A program made the position numbers and the translations under genes. This document shows positions 10,045 through 19,703 of a DNA stretch of 64,000 nucleotides, in pieces. Each line of letters begins with the position of its first letter. Within the stretch, counting starts at the first letter, position 1. The stretch is from Pseudomonadota bacterium. GTDB taxonomy: Bacteria > Bdellovibrionota_C > UBA2361 > OMII01. The notes beneath the pieces are model-generated. The model was not told where the DNA came from. It searched no databases and saw only the letters and a list, made by a program, of their open reading frames with translations. The DNA is taken from the NCBI GenBank assembly GCA_038134595.1, contig JAYPVM010000007.1, positions 64,001-128,000 on the forward strand, read 5' to 3'.

Positions 10045-11384
10045 GCAGCTTCTTCCATGCGAGTGTTTTTTGCCAAGCGCACAACATGGGCACACAGCAC
10101 TCTTGGATCTTTGGATTTACTGATAAGGACATCAACACCTATCTCTACTGCCGTGACTTCCACATCTGGCCCCTCATCGGATGTGAGCATAACAACTGGG
10201 ATAGCCTTCAAACGAGAATCCTCCCGTAATCTGGTGACAAATTCCTTTCCGTTCATCGTTGGCATATGCAAATCACAAATAATTACTTTGGGTAGAAAAG
10301 CAGTTAACTTCGTAAGGAGCTCTAATGCTTTTGCGCCATGTTCCGCACACGAAACGACAATCCCCTCACGCTTTAGAAGCCGTTCAAGAACACGACAAAA
10401 CATGGGATTATCATCTATTACAAGCGCCGGAATTTCCTCGACGCATTCTCCATCGACATTTGGACATTCCTTCTCTACCCCTGGCGAATCAAAGTAATCC
10501 TCAACAATCACCTCCTCTTCCACCTGCGGCTCGTCCTCGTTAACACTACGTTCCCACCCAATCAATTCGGGCCCGTTATCTGCCGCCCACGACAACCTAA
10601 AACTCCTACTACTACCAAGAGAACGAACGACAATCTTCCCTATAGATGGGTGGTTGTAGATTTCTCCGTCGTATCCACTAAGGTATTGTAGAACACCCTC
10701 GAGAGCCTGTTGTTGAACGGTTCCAACGGCAATCTTTCCGTCTCGAGTGGTAAACTGATAGCGACTCTTTCCCTCTGAGGATAAAATCTCTAGACTCCGT
10801 GCCCCATGTTCCTCGGCTTCCGTTAAAAGAATACCCACTACACGCGCGCAAAGCTCCTTGCGCCGTAACGTCTCCGCATGGTCTGTATTCGCCTCTCGCT
10901 CGCTAATCAGACGCTCGGCCATATCAAGAGCGCGAGCAATCTCAGTCCAAGGTGCAATAGATATAGACTGAGTGCCATTATACATCTCTAAACCCCTTAC
11001 TTCTGAGGGGTCAACAGCCACAAAGCCTGTTATCTCAATTCCATTGACCGTGGCAACCGATCCCGCTTTACGAAGCGCTGTCAAAATACTACGCGCTCGT
11101 GATCCGAACATGGTCAGGTCCATTACTGGAACCTTATCTTGGTAGGGCATCCGTAATTCTTGCGCTGCAGCGTGCACAAACTCTCTCTCACTTACCCCCA
11201 CCCAAGCAGCCGCAAGAACTCCCCACTGCCTCCTATCATGCGAGGAATCCATCACTTCGCGCATGACACTACGAGGCACTAGCTTCTTCATCGCTTTTAG
11301 TAGGGAGGGAAGCCTCACGGTATCATCCTGTGGCCGTTTTCGTTTATTTATACCGGACATAAACATCCGCACAGGATTTCTCAT
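10041..11384 (-). CDS. Fusion of PilB/GspE-type N-terminal domains (T2SSE_N/MshEN-like and N2) to a receiver domain, no ATPase domain
   Basis: VSEREFVHAAAQELRMPYQD, VAVDP, IAPWTEIARAL and VVGILLTEAEEHGARSLEI...RYQFTTRDG match PilB/GspE N-domains; receiver VIDD...CDLHMP..NG...MLTS...K; ATG 11384 overlaps upstream stop. Confidence 0.72.
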   Translation of the reverse strand: MRNPVRMFMSGINKRKRPQDDTVRLPSLLKAMKKLVPRSVMREVMDSSHDRRQWGVLAAAWVGVSEREFVHAAAQELRMPYQDKVPVMDLTMFGSRARSILTALRKAGSVATVNGIEITGFVAVDPSEVRGLEMYNGTQSISIAPWTEIARALDMAERLISEREANTDHAETLRRKELCARVVGILLTEAEEHGARSLEILSSEGKSRYQFTTRDGKIAVGTVQQQALEGVLQYLSGYDGEIYNHPSIGKIVVRSLGSSRSFRLSWAADNGPELIGWERSVNEDEPQVEEEVIVEDYFDSPGVEKECPNVDGECVEEIPALVIDDNPMFCRVLERLLKREGIVVSCAEHGAKALELLTKLTAFLPKVIICDLHMPTMNGKEFVTRLREDSRLKAIPVVMLTSDEGPDVEVTAVEIGVDVLISKSKDPRVLCAHVVRLAKNTRMEEAA

Positions 11385-12031
11385 AATACTACCTCCTCTC
11401 TCGGGACCCACACCGCTGCGTGCTCAACAGTGTCCTCCCGAAACAACTCACCTAACCCTTCAAATCTTCCGCCTACAGCTACTCCCACCAACGTCGCACG
11501 GGGGAAAAATCCTCCCCCGGCACCAACGCTCACTGTTATAGGGCGAGCCACCCCATCAGCCAACCGACGATTCAATGCTTGATCTATGTCAAGGATGTTA
11601 CCCCTTAAACCCTGCGCCACACAGCTCTGCGAAACGAGATTACCAACATCGCCCGTCACTTCATCAACATTATAAACCCAATAACAAGCTCGACTCGATA
11701 CATCCAAAACACGTAGCGACTCATCTTGCAATTGAGCAATCCCCCTCAACGAGAGGGTTCCTATCATGCGTTCCAATCGGTCTTCCTCAGTTCGCAAGTC
11801 CCCATTGATTCCGTTCGATTCCCATACCAGAGTACGACCGATCGCCTCACGCATCAGAGATTCAGGGATTAATCGAACTACCTGTTGATCGCCCACCAAT
11901 CCAAACAGCGCTACAAATGTTAGTGCCAGAGGCAGCAAAACCGCCATCCACGCCGCCAACTCTAATGCGGCAAATCCTCTTTGCCGACTTACTGCCGTTT
12001 TAAGCTCCACTACTCTATTGCTCCACAACAA
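11381..12031 (-). CDS. TadE/TadF-like pseudopilin
   Basis: Prepilin-like RQRG/FAALELA followed by a hydrophobic helix; in tad operon. Confidence 0.7.
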   Translation of the reverse strand: MLWSNRVVELKTAVSRQRGFAALELAAWMAVLLPLALTFVALFGLVGDQQVVRLIPESLMREAIGRTLVWESNGINGDLRTEEDRLERMIGTLSLRGIAQLQDESLRVLDVSSRACYWVYNVDEVTGDVGNLVSQSCVAQGLRGNILDIDQALNRRLADGVARPITVSVGAGGGFFPRATLVGVAVGGRFEGLGELFREDTVEHAAVWVPREEVVL

Positions 12032-13046
12032 GATTACCCCTTACAAGCTGAGATACAGTGCTGACTAAGAGACTTCCCCGTAATTCACTCTCCGAGGCTC
12101 CAATCTCTCGATACAAGCCTCCATGTATTCCAATTCCCGAGGGGCGATAATCAATTGTGCCTGAATCGTCTACCACCATCGTTATCATATCTATCGGAAA
12201 AAGCGCCCCGTTAGTTGCCTGGCTTAGGACATTGGCTACTGCGGCTGCATAGCCTGTCATATAACGCTCCTGACTCATTACAAGAACGACCACTCGTTTC
12301 CGTACGGCCTGGCTAACAAGCTGTTCTCCAACAAGATCCCTCATCGAAAAGGCCACATCGTAGGCGTCGAATACTGTATCACTCCTACCCTCCAAACTCT
12401 GTAAATCTAGGGGACGGGCCGTATTTTGGCTCCCGCATCGCCCCAGCCCATCACTACCATCGGCGAGCACCTGCTCCACTGGCTCCGACTCTCCGGGGAA
12501 TACCGCTACCGAGAGCCCACCCGACGCAACATCAATCCAGCGAGCATAGAGATTATCCATAAAGACTTGTCGTGCCTGTAAGGAAGGTGTGGCACACACA
12601 TCCTGACCAACGAGAACACTTCTATCCAAAACAAGTAACGCCGCGGCACTTTGAATCGCTACCTGAGACTGTACAGTCATTGAGAGCAAACTATCTGGAA
12701 GCCCAAAAAAGGCCTCTACAATGGGGAGAAACATCCCGTTGTACGTTATCTGGGCTGAGACCCTCGCTTGTCGCACCCCTTGTTGAACTGTCACATCAGT
12801 GACATTAATAACATCCCCCACATTTCCTAACTGCCTTCGGAGCCCCTGCTCAACATCATTAGCTACAACTCCAAACCGCAATGTATCTTGAGCTTGTCTA
12901 TCAAGAGCCTGCTGAATCTCTTCTCGAATCCCAAAAAACTGAGACAGCTCAACCGTGACAGTAAACATAAGAAACAGCACCGGGAGAACAATACCAGCAA
13001 AGAGTGCCGTCACCATTCCTTTACAATTACTGCTGTGCTGACGCAT
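12015..13046 (-). CDS. TadG-like pilus protein with degenerate vWA-like domain
   Basis: KG/MVTALFAGIVLPVLF...VELSQFF...IQQALD; later LLVLDRS and RVVVLVMS vWA-like strands; start set at ATG 13046. Confidence 0.65.
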   Translation of the reverse strand: MRQHSSNCKGMVTALFAGIVLPVLFLMFTVTVELSQFFGIREEIQQALDRQAQDTLRFGVVANDVEQGLRRQLGNVGDVINVTDVTVQQGVRQARVSAQITYNGMFLPIVEAFFGLPDSLLSMTVQSQVAIQSAAALLVLDRSVLVGQDVCATPSLQARQVFMDNLYARWIDVASGGLSVAVFPGESEPVEQVLADGSDGLGRCGSQNTARPLDLQSLEGRSDTVFDAYDVAFSMRDLVGEQLVSQAVRKRVVVLVMSQERYMTGYAAAVANVLSQATNGALFPIDMITMVVDDSGTIDYRPSGIGIHGGLYREIGASESELRGSLLVSTVSQLVRGNLVVEQ

Positions 13047-13842
13047 CCACCACCTTCTTTGTAATAGAGCCAACCTGCATAAGTGGCACGGTTAAAAAAC
13101 ATACAATGAGCCCCGTAAAGGTAAGTACTATTGGAAGTACAGCTTTAACCGGAAGTTTTGCAATATGCTCCTCAACACCTTCCTGATAGGCCACCTGTGT
13201 AGCATCACTTAGTTCTTTGAGAGGTCGTACAATCTCTCCCCCCTGCCGATAGGCAAGGCCCAAATGAATACAAGCATGTTTCACTGAAGGGGTAACATTT
13301 TGCTTCGACGCCAGTTCAAACGCCTCTTCCACTGGAGTTCCTCGCTCAGAGAGCGTTACAATCCAACGAAAAAGCTCTGAGATAGGATCTCGACCACCGC
13401 GGCCAGCTTCTCTCAAAGCAGGTATGATATCTAACCCAGAGCCAACGGCCATGACGATCCGCTCCATTACCGTCGGCAAATAAAAATCCATCTTTCGCAA
13501 TCGAAGTGCCTTACGATTATCTCGCTTTCTACTGTAGAACAACTCTCCTGCGAACCCACCGATAACAACGGCAACAACCATGCCTAGAGACGAGAGTGAA
13601 AAAAAGACAAGCCTTATCACAACACACAGCAATGCCCCAATAAACCACGCCTTACGCCGCTCTTGAATGTTCTCCCCTAGCTCATCAGAGAAAAGCACTA
13701 CCCCGTCCTCTTGCTCAGGACTATCAGAGTCATCAAGCAACGAATTCGTAACGTGCTGGTCGCCTCCCCTACTCACCAAAAGAGATGCAGCCAGTAGACT
13801 GGCTCCGAACAATGCAATGAGAACACTAATAGAAAGCGACAT
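13027..13842 (-). CDS. tadC: Tad pilus inner-membrane platform protein (T2SS F family)
   Basis: LPTVMERIVMAVGSGLDIIPAL, QGGEIVRPLKELS, IAKLPVKAVLP. Confidence 0.85.
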   Translation of the reverse strand: MSLSISVLIALFGASLLAASLLVSRGGDQHVTNSLLDDSDSPEQEDGVVLFSDELGENIQERRKAWFIGALLCVVIRLVFFSLSSLGMVVAVVIGGFAGELFYSRKRDNRKALRLRKMDFYLPTVMERIVMAVGSGLDIIPALREAGRGGRDPISELFRWIVTLSERGTPVEEAFELASKQNVTPSVKHACIHLGLAYRQGGEIVRPLKELSDATQVAYQEGVEEHIAKLPVKAVLPIVLTFTGLIVCFLTVPLMQVGSITKKVVDASAQQ

Positions 13843-13845
13843 CGT

Positions 13846-14688
13846 CTATAACTTCTCTTCCTTACCCATCATCAACATCCAGACCACGCCCAACAAGATC
13901 AGTCCACCTCCAGCAAACAAAAGAAGCTTTCCCAACGGATTTGCTAGAGCAACCTTTACGCCCGATAGATTCGTTACTACCTGCATAGCTGTTATCAAAA
14001 CAGCGCATAGAGCTATCCCAATTGCTGACATCCTATGCATAGCCAAAGCGGCTTTCGTCTTCCGCCTAAAAGATTGTCTCTGCCGAACAACTCGAACCAC
14101 TCGGTGTATCGGTTCTGCCAAGGAACTACCGTGACGTCTTGAGAGCATGATACACCGCTTGAACAACTCAACATCTCGATTTGCTTCGGCGGCAAAAAAA
14201 CCCTCGATCACCTCAAATTCATCGTCCCCCATGCGCAATCGCTGTTTAAAACCCTTCAACTCCTGGGCGAAGGGATTTTCAGGTGCAAAATATTGCTCGG
14301 CATCACACATAGCCCGAATAGGATCTATACCCGCCCGAACAGAAGACGCTACCGACGTCAGTAATGCTGGAATATCTCTATCGATGACTGCTCGCCGTTT
14401 CGCTTCTCTATTACCTACATACAGATACAAGAAGACTCCTGACACCGGCAAAACAATCAAACCTGCCAAAAGGGAAGCATTTCCAGCTACGACACCAGCA
14501 ACACACAAGGCAACTATGAGATAAAAATGCAAGGCCTTTCGGGGAACATGGCGCAGAATCGCTGCGAGCAAAGGATCCATCTCCGGACGATCCGTCGCGC
14601 GCTCTTTTTTATCCCCCTCAGGCCTTCTATCAAATGACGTCAGCAACTGTGAAATAATGAGTCGGTTTGAAGCAAGTATACCCCTCAT
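13846..14688 (-). CDS. tadB: Tad pilus inner-membrane platform protein (T2SS F family)
   Basis: IPALLTSVASSVRAG, HGSSLAEPI, RKTKAALAMHRMSA, NPLGKLLL. Confidence 0.85.
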   Translation of the reverse strand: MRGILASNRLIISQLLTSFDRRPEGDKKERATDRPEMDPLLAAILRHVPRKALHFYLIVALCVAGVVAGNASLLAGLIVLPVSGVFLYLYVGNREAKRRAVIDRDIPALLTSVASSVRAGIDPIRAMCDAEQYFAPENPFAQELKGFKQRLRMGDDEFEVIEGFFAAEANRDVELFKRCIMLSRRHGSSLAEPIHRVVRVVRQRQSFRRKTKAALAMHRMSAIGIALCAVLITAMQVVTNLSGVKVALANPLGKLLLFAGGGLILLGVVWMLMMGKEEKL

Positions 14689-14692
14689 TCTC

Positions 14693-16015
14693 TCACCTCT
14701 TCATCGACGCAGCAGCTTCACGATACGAAACTTCTACCGGAAGCTCCAAGACATCTGGCAACCGCGTAAAAGAAAATGAATATGGTTCCTGTTCCAACTT
14801 TTCGCGAAATGCGCTCACTCGCGTAGCAACTACCCACTGGGGAACACCCTTGGCGGGGCGATACGAGAATATTTCACGCTGCCGCAAAACTCCATCTGCC
14901 ACTGGGCCTAGTTCTCTAATCTCCATAATACGGCGCACACCTGTCATCTTGCACACATCAACAACAACCATCACTTGCACAGCAGTAGCGACCTGAGCTC
15001 CGAGCAGGGCTCTATCCGCATTCTTTTGAACGCGTGCTAAAAATAATTCAAGTCGGGTGATGGCATCAACAACACTGCGACCATGAACAGTAGATAATCC
15101 TGAGTGCCCCGACGCGCACACATCCACAAACGCCTCTGCGGCCTCTGCATCACGAATCTCACCGAAAATAATCCGGTTCATCGCCATTCTCATCCCAGCC
15201 CGAATACACTGCGCGGGTGAAACTCGGCCTGTCCCCTCCAAATTCTCCTCGCGAGTAGTCATATATCTGACGTGAGGATGCTCCAAGCGAATCTCAGGTG
15301 TATCTTCTATTACAAGAACCGATTCATCATGAGGGATAGTTCCAGCCAACGCTCGGGCAAGAGTCGTCTTTCCCGTACCAACCTCTCCTACGATCATAAC
15401 GGTTCTGCTAATACCGACTATTGCCCGCAAGTAATCAAAAATAACCTGCGGAGCAAGTCCCGTCTTTTCGAGCATATCAAGGGTAACCGATGTAAATCGG
15501 TTGATACGAATAGTTAAATAAGGCCCGTTATCACACAACGATTTGTGTACTGCATGAACACGCACCAGAGAGCCTATCATGCCATCTGCGATAGGTTGCT
15601 TGGTTGAATATGCCGTTCCCGCCTGATGCAAAAGTCGTTCCACAAAAGCCTCATAGGAACGCTGATCAGGAAACTTAATTTGAGTTCGCAGACTCTTCCT
15701 TCCCTGTTGAATAGCTACCTTAGAAAACCCAGATACAATAATATCCGAAACTCGGGAGTCATCTATCAGAGACTGCAGCACGCCAAAGGTATGAACATCT
15801 CCTTCAACATGAGTAAGAATCTCATCGCGCTCGAAGCTAGAAAGCTCTACCCCCAAACGGAGCGCAGATTCAGCGACAGTGCTTGAAAGATCTATTTTTT
15901 CTCCACTCGCACCCGTTCCCTGTCGAACAATCGTGCGACGAACATCATCAAGAACGTGAGCCAAAAGCGGCGATAGAGAGGGCGTGGTTCGAGAAAATTC
16001 ATCCACCTGATTCAT
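14693..16015 (-). CDS. cpaF: Tad pilus assembly ATPase CpaF/TadA
   Basis: Walker A GEVGTGKTT, Asp box IEDTPEI, Walker B IIFGEIR, His box SGHSGLSTVH. Confidence 0.93.
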   Translation of the reverse strand: MNQVDEFSRTTPSLSPLLAHVLDDVRRTIVRQGTGASGEKIDLSSTVAESALRLGVELSSFERDEILTHVEGDVHTFGVLQSLIDDSRVSDIIVSGFSKVAIQQGRKSLRTQIKFPDQRSYEAFVERLLHQAGTAYSTKQPIADGMIGSLVRVHAVHKSLCDNGPYLTIRINRFTSVTLDMLEKTGLAPQVIFDYLRAIVGISRTVMIVGEVGTGKTTLARALAGTIPHDESVLVIEDTPEIRLEHPHVRYMTTREENLEGTGRVSPAQCIRAGMRMAMNRIIFGEIRDAEAAEAFVDVCASGHSGLSTVHGRSVVDAITRLELFLARVQKNADRALLGAQVATAVQVMVVVDVCKMTGVRRIMEIRELGPVADGVLRQREIFSYRPAKGVPQWVVATRVSAFREKLEQEPYSFSFTRLPDVLELPVEVSYREAAASMKR

Positions 16016-16927
16016 CTACTCAGACCCCTCCCGCACATCGGATTTCGAAAAAAATCCGGACGGCACATCATCTGCCGGTATCCAACGGCCATCTACCAAC
16101 GCGTACTGCCGACGCTCATCTCCCTCGCCAAACGAAACGACCCCACCAACATGCGATTTACGTCCCGAAGGTCTCTTGTCATAGAACTCATCTGATGAAA
16201 ACCTGTGCGCTCGCCAGCTATCGTCATCCTTGGAGCTTCGAAGGGCAAACGATATCTTTCCGAGTGGAACTGCTGTGCTGATTGCCAAGCACTGTTCCTG
16301 GGTGACTAATAACGTAACGGTGCTCGGCACTCCCCGATGGCCTTGCGCACCCAAATCAATTGGAGAAAGTGACCGTTCAGCAGAGATAACTCGCACCTGT
16401 TCAGCGATTACGGTAGTCCTCGTCTTCTCTACCAATAACACATCAACCACCGAGCCACTCCGAGCCCATCCCTCGACCGCTGATGTGGCATCAACCTTAA
16501 CCGTCATGGCTCTCATGCCCGGAGGGATATGTCCCAATATCGGATTTGAAGCTTCATTCATATCACCGATATTCGCTGCCATAACAGGCAGGCCACCCGG
16601 CAACGATACCAACGTAACCCTATCACGACTCCCTCTAAGATCATGTAAAACACCAGCTGGCACCTGATGTCTCGGAAATTTTTCCACCCGAGTTTTAATG
16701 TCACGTACAAACGTTCCAGCCGGAACAGGGCGCTCCGGGACTGGAATTTCCACAACATCAAACTCGGGCACATACGCCTTATAGCGCTCTCGTGTTGGGG
16801 GGGCACTCCCCCCCTTGCCTGCCACATATGCCGCAGATCCAACACCCAGCACCAGCGCCACAGCACCGATTACAGTACCAAGCGATGAGTATCGTCGAAT
16901 GTGCGCGCCAGAAACACGAGTTGCCAT
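16016..16927 (-). CDS. cpaB: Flp pilus assembly protein CpaB/RcpC
   Basis: N-terminal TM, SAF-like region, IPPGMRAMTVKVD..SAVEGW..GSVVDVLL, TVTLLVT, GKISFALRS. Confidence 0.9.
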   Translation of the reverse strand: MATRVSGAHIRRYSSLGTVIGAVALVLGVGSAAYVAGKGGSAPPTRERYKAYVPEFDVVEIPVPERPVPAGTFVRDIKTRVEKFPRHQVPAGVLHDLRGSRDRVTLVSLPGGLPVMAANIGDMNEASNPILGHIPPGMRAMTVKVDATSAVEGWARSGSVVDVLLVEKTRTTVIAEQVRVISAERSLSPIDLGAQGHRGVPSTVTLLVTQEQCLAISTAVPLGKISFALRSSKDDDSWRAHRFSSDEFYDKRPSGRKSHVGGVVSFGEGDERRQYALVDGRWIPADDVPSGFFSKSDVREGSE

Positions 16928-16935
16928 AGTATCCC

Positions 16936-17109
16936 TTACTGAACGATCTCTCCGGAACGTGCGTCAGCCCAGCCACCAACAGATCCAAGAAGACCTGCGA
17001 TATTGCCACTGAGTCCGTTTAGAGCAGTCCATAGCACACCCCCGATGATGGCAGCACCAGCACAGTATTCAAGTAACGTATATCCCTTTTGGTTCTTGCG
17101 ATTTCTCAT
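16936..17109 (-). CDS. flp: Flp type IVb/c major pilin
   Basis: 57 aa from ATG 17109 (AGGAG RBS); basic leader, KG/YTLLEY Flp motif, hydrophobic helix. Confidence 0.88.
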   Translation of the reverse strand: MRNRKNQKGYTLLEYCAGAAIIGGVLWTALNGLSGNIAGLLGSVGGWADARSGEIVQ

Positions 17110-17211
17110 ACATTTCTCCTTTTTAGAAAACGGCCTCCAGCACAAGCGCCGAAAACCTCCTCACTAACTATCTACTTTCTATTTGAACTACTCCGCGCAA
17201 TTCAAAAACTA

Positions 17212-18588
17212 CTACCCAAGAAGAACGGGCTTCGAAACCAGCGTACTATCATCCGAAACATCAAGCTGAGACGATAACAGCGCTGAAGACCCCAACTGAG
17301 GAGAAGCTCCCCAAGGCTCTTTCGACGCACTTTCCCTCTTCCGAAACCTTCGTCCCACTTGCAACACACCAGCAAAATGCCGAACAAGTCCAAGAACAAT
17401 CCCACTCACAAACCCAACCAATTGAGAGAACAAAGAACGTGCTCGCTCCTTTCCTCCTGGTTCGATGAATAAATGTTCTAGGTTACGACGAAGAAATTTA
17501 TACGGAGTGTGTCCGCTGCACATCCATGTAACAGCTTGTTGCGTCTTAGGCACAACGATATCGCTAACGTCCTTACCGGCGATAACAACTACCTGCTCGC
17601 GCAAAAGAGAAACTGCGGCACTTCCAACTCCCGTATCGTTTAGCACCGTAGTCAACGTTGCATTTGGCTTTAAAAATCCGGCGATAAGCGACAGTGCCTG
17701 GCGATTTGCATACGCAGCACTCGCATCGCGATTTACCACAAAGTGGACATCGTCACATATCTGAAACAAAGCGTTGCGTGCCGGAGTTACCAAACTAGAC
17801 GTATCTACTACCACCCTATCGTACTGAAGAAGCAATGCCTCTAAAACAGCGACAAAACCTCGTTGCGCATGTTGAGAAGCAAACAAAGATTCATCGCATC
17901 CTGCGGGCGGCGCCACACAACCGAAGCGACTTTCATTAATCCACACGTCTCTCACACATTCAGTGACCGTCTCGGAAGTAACCACCCTCTCCTGATCGAT
18001 AAGAATACGTAAGGACTCATTGACATACGGTCGAACCTGCATAAATCGAGTGAGATCTTGTGACAACACATCACAATCTACCATGCAGACCTTACATCCC
18101 TTCTCAAACCACCCCTCTGCTACCGCCGCAGTAATAAAGGTTTTTCCAACGCCACCCCGCGCAGAATCAATCACGACCAAGCGTCCCCGCCTCTTTGACT
18201 GAACTCTCCTTTGAAGAAGCAGGATACGTCTAAAAAACTCGTCGCTTGAGGCGGAATCAACAAGCACATCGTCAACGCCAAGACGCCCAAGCTGTTCGAC
18301 CAGCCCAAACGAATACGTACGAGCGTCCAACACGCATAAAAGTATCTTTTCTGGCAATTGCTTACGTAGGCTATTAATAAACGCGGCATCGCAACCCACT
18401 AGCTCGGGCCCGATAATACAAACGTCTAAGTCGCCGTGAAAACGAACTTCTTCAGGGGATAATAAATGAAGGGAGATGCGAGGAGCAGAGACTTTTCCAC
18501 CAGGAGGTGCCCAAGCCCACCGTTCGACTAGAGTAGATAACCTTCGGCGACCTTCAGCGCTTAGGTCTACAATGCCGAGTTCAATCAT
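17212..18588 (-). CDS. cpaE: CpaE/TadZ-like MinD/ParA ATPase with atypical N-terminal receiver-like domain
   Basis: Deviant Walker A SARGGVGKT, VCMVDCD, YDRVVVDT; start ATG 18588 with GGAGG RBS. Confidence 0.8.
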   Translation of the reverse strand: MIELGIVDLSAEGRRRLSTLVERWAWAPPGGKVSAPRISLHLLSPEEVRFHGDLDVCIIGPELVGCDAAFINSLRKQLPEKILLCVLDARTYSFGLVEQLGRLGVDDVLVDSASSDEFFRRILLLQRRVQSKRRGRLVVIDSARGGVGKTFITAAVAEGWFEKGCKVCMVDCDVLSQDLTRFMQVRPYVNESLRILIDQERVVTSETVTECVRDVWINESRFGCVAPPAGCDESLFASQHAQRGFVAVLEALLLQYDRVVVDTSSLVTPARNALFQICDDVHFVVNRDASAAYANRQALSLIAGFLKPNATLTTVLNDTGVGSAAVSLLREQVVVIAGKDVSDIVVPKTQQAVTWMCSGHTPYKFLRRNLEHLFIEPGGKERARSLFSQLVGFVSGIVLGLVRHFAGVLQVGRRFRKRESASKEPWGASPQLGSSALLSSQLDVSDDSTLVSKPVLLG

Positions 18589-18877
18589 TCCAACACCTCC
18601 GAAACAACCAGAAAAGTGAGAGCGGAAAGAACCTATTTTAAAAAGAGTCCACAAAGAGCCGTGCTTTTTGACTCTTGGAAAAAACCTTGGGGCGGACTCT
18701 ACCATAAAAACGCAAAAGACGTGTGGTCTTTTTTTGCATTTCATTTTTTTTACTGCACAGCAACCGCAGGTAACCTATCTAGCCCCACTCCCGCCCCTGT
18801 TTTTCTCATTTCTCATCAATCAACATTGTTGTAAAATAAGGAAGATAGGACGTTTAAAGGAGGCTGTGCACTGAACA

Positions 18878-19573
18878 ATGTACCGAATTTGGCAAAAAAA
18901 ACGCTGGTTGCCATTGGGCTACACAACAACCTTCGAGGGACAGTACAACATATCTTCAATCCAACTATCCGAGCTTATCGAGCGCTGCTCGGCAATCCTA
19001 AGTGAAGACATCCTACGTTCCAACACCCTCATCAACCTCAAGGGACAAGACCCAGGAGAACCCCCGTTACTAGAACAAGCCCATCCGCCGACAAGCAGTG
19101 ACATCCTGATCATTGCCGGAAATATCGCAACAAAAAAAAGCTCTAACAACTTTTTATGGGAGCCATTTCGAATATCGGCAACCTCTAAATTTGATAGATT
19201 CAAAGGTGCTCGCGATATTATCCACTCGCACGCACTCTCTCGCTCCAAGTCAGTACCATCCTGGCTACCCTGGAAGCTGATAGGCACCGCTGCGCCAATC
19301 CGGCCAAACTACCTCCGAATCGGGCTCGATCACTACACAAGCCCATTTACTCTCTTGCGACTAGGATTTATCCCGACAGTGACCTCTTCCCTGCGCTTAG
19401 AAGCAAACGAATCAACACTCAAGTGCAGACTCTCCGTTGAAAGTCGCTTCAAGCTTCGTAGAATCCCTTTAGCAACTATTCCAAGCTTTCACATGCTTAT
19501 CTCAGCAATAGATCAAATCAACACTGTCTCGATTATACCGGACACCGCAGCCCCGATCGGCTCTTCGGCATAA
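18878..19573 (+). CDS. Hypothetical protein
   Basis: 231-aa ORF, AGGAGG upstream, divergent from tad operon; no recognised motif. Confidence 0.5.
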   Translation: MYRIWQKKRWLPLGYTTTFEGQYNISSIQLSELIERCSAILSEDILRSNTLINLKGQDPGEPPLLEQAHPPTSSDILIIAGNIATKKSSNNFLWEPFRISATSKFDRFKGARDIIHSHALSRSKSVPSWLPWKLIGTAAPIRPNYLRIGLDHYTSPFTLLRLGFIPTVTSSLRLEANESTLKCRLSVESRFKLRRIPLATIPSFHMLISAIDQINTVSIIPDTAAPIGSSA

Positions 19574-19703
19574 TTATGTATCAAAACAGATAGAGCCCCC
19601 CGAATACATGCATGGTGTGCAATAAAGCGATTACCATCTCGAGTGGATACCATGTGTCACGCGATGGGCTCTAGAAACACCCTCTGTGCTTAACAATATT
19701 TAC

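Noticed and set aside
9925..10497. 190-aa plus-strand ORF and the many other short nested ORFs in the track
   Set aside because: Antisense or off-frame to well-supported genes, with no motifs
11381..18588. Myxococcus Kil-type predatory Tad system
   Set aside because: No FHA-domain genes or secretin in the locus; nothing in the sequence shows a killing role
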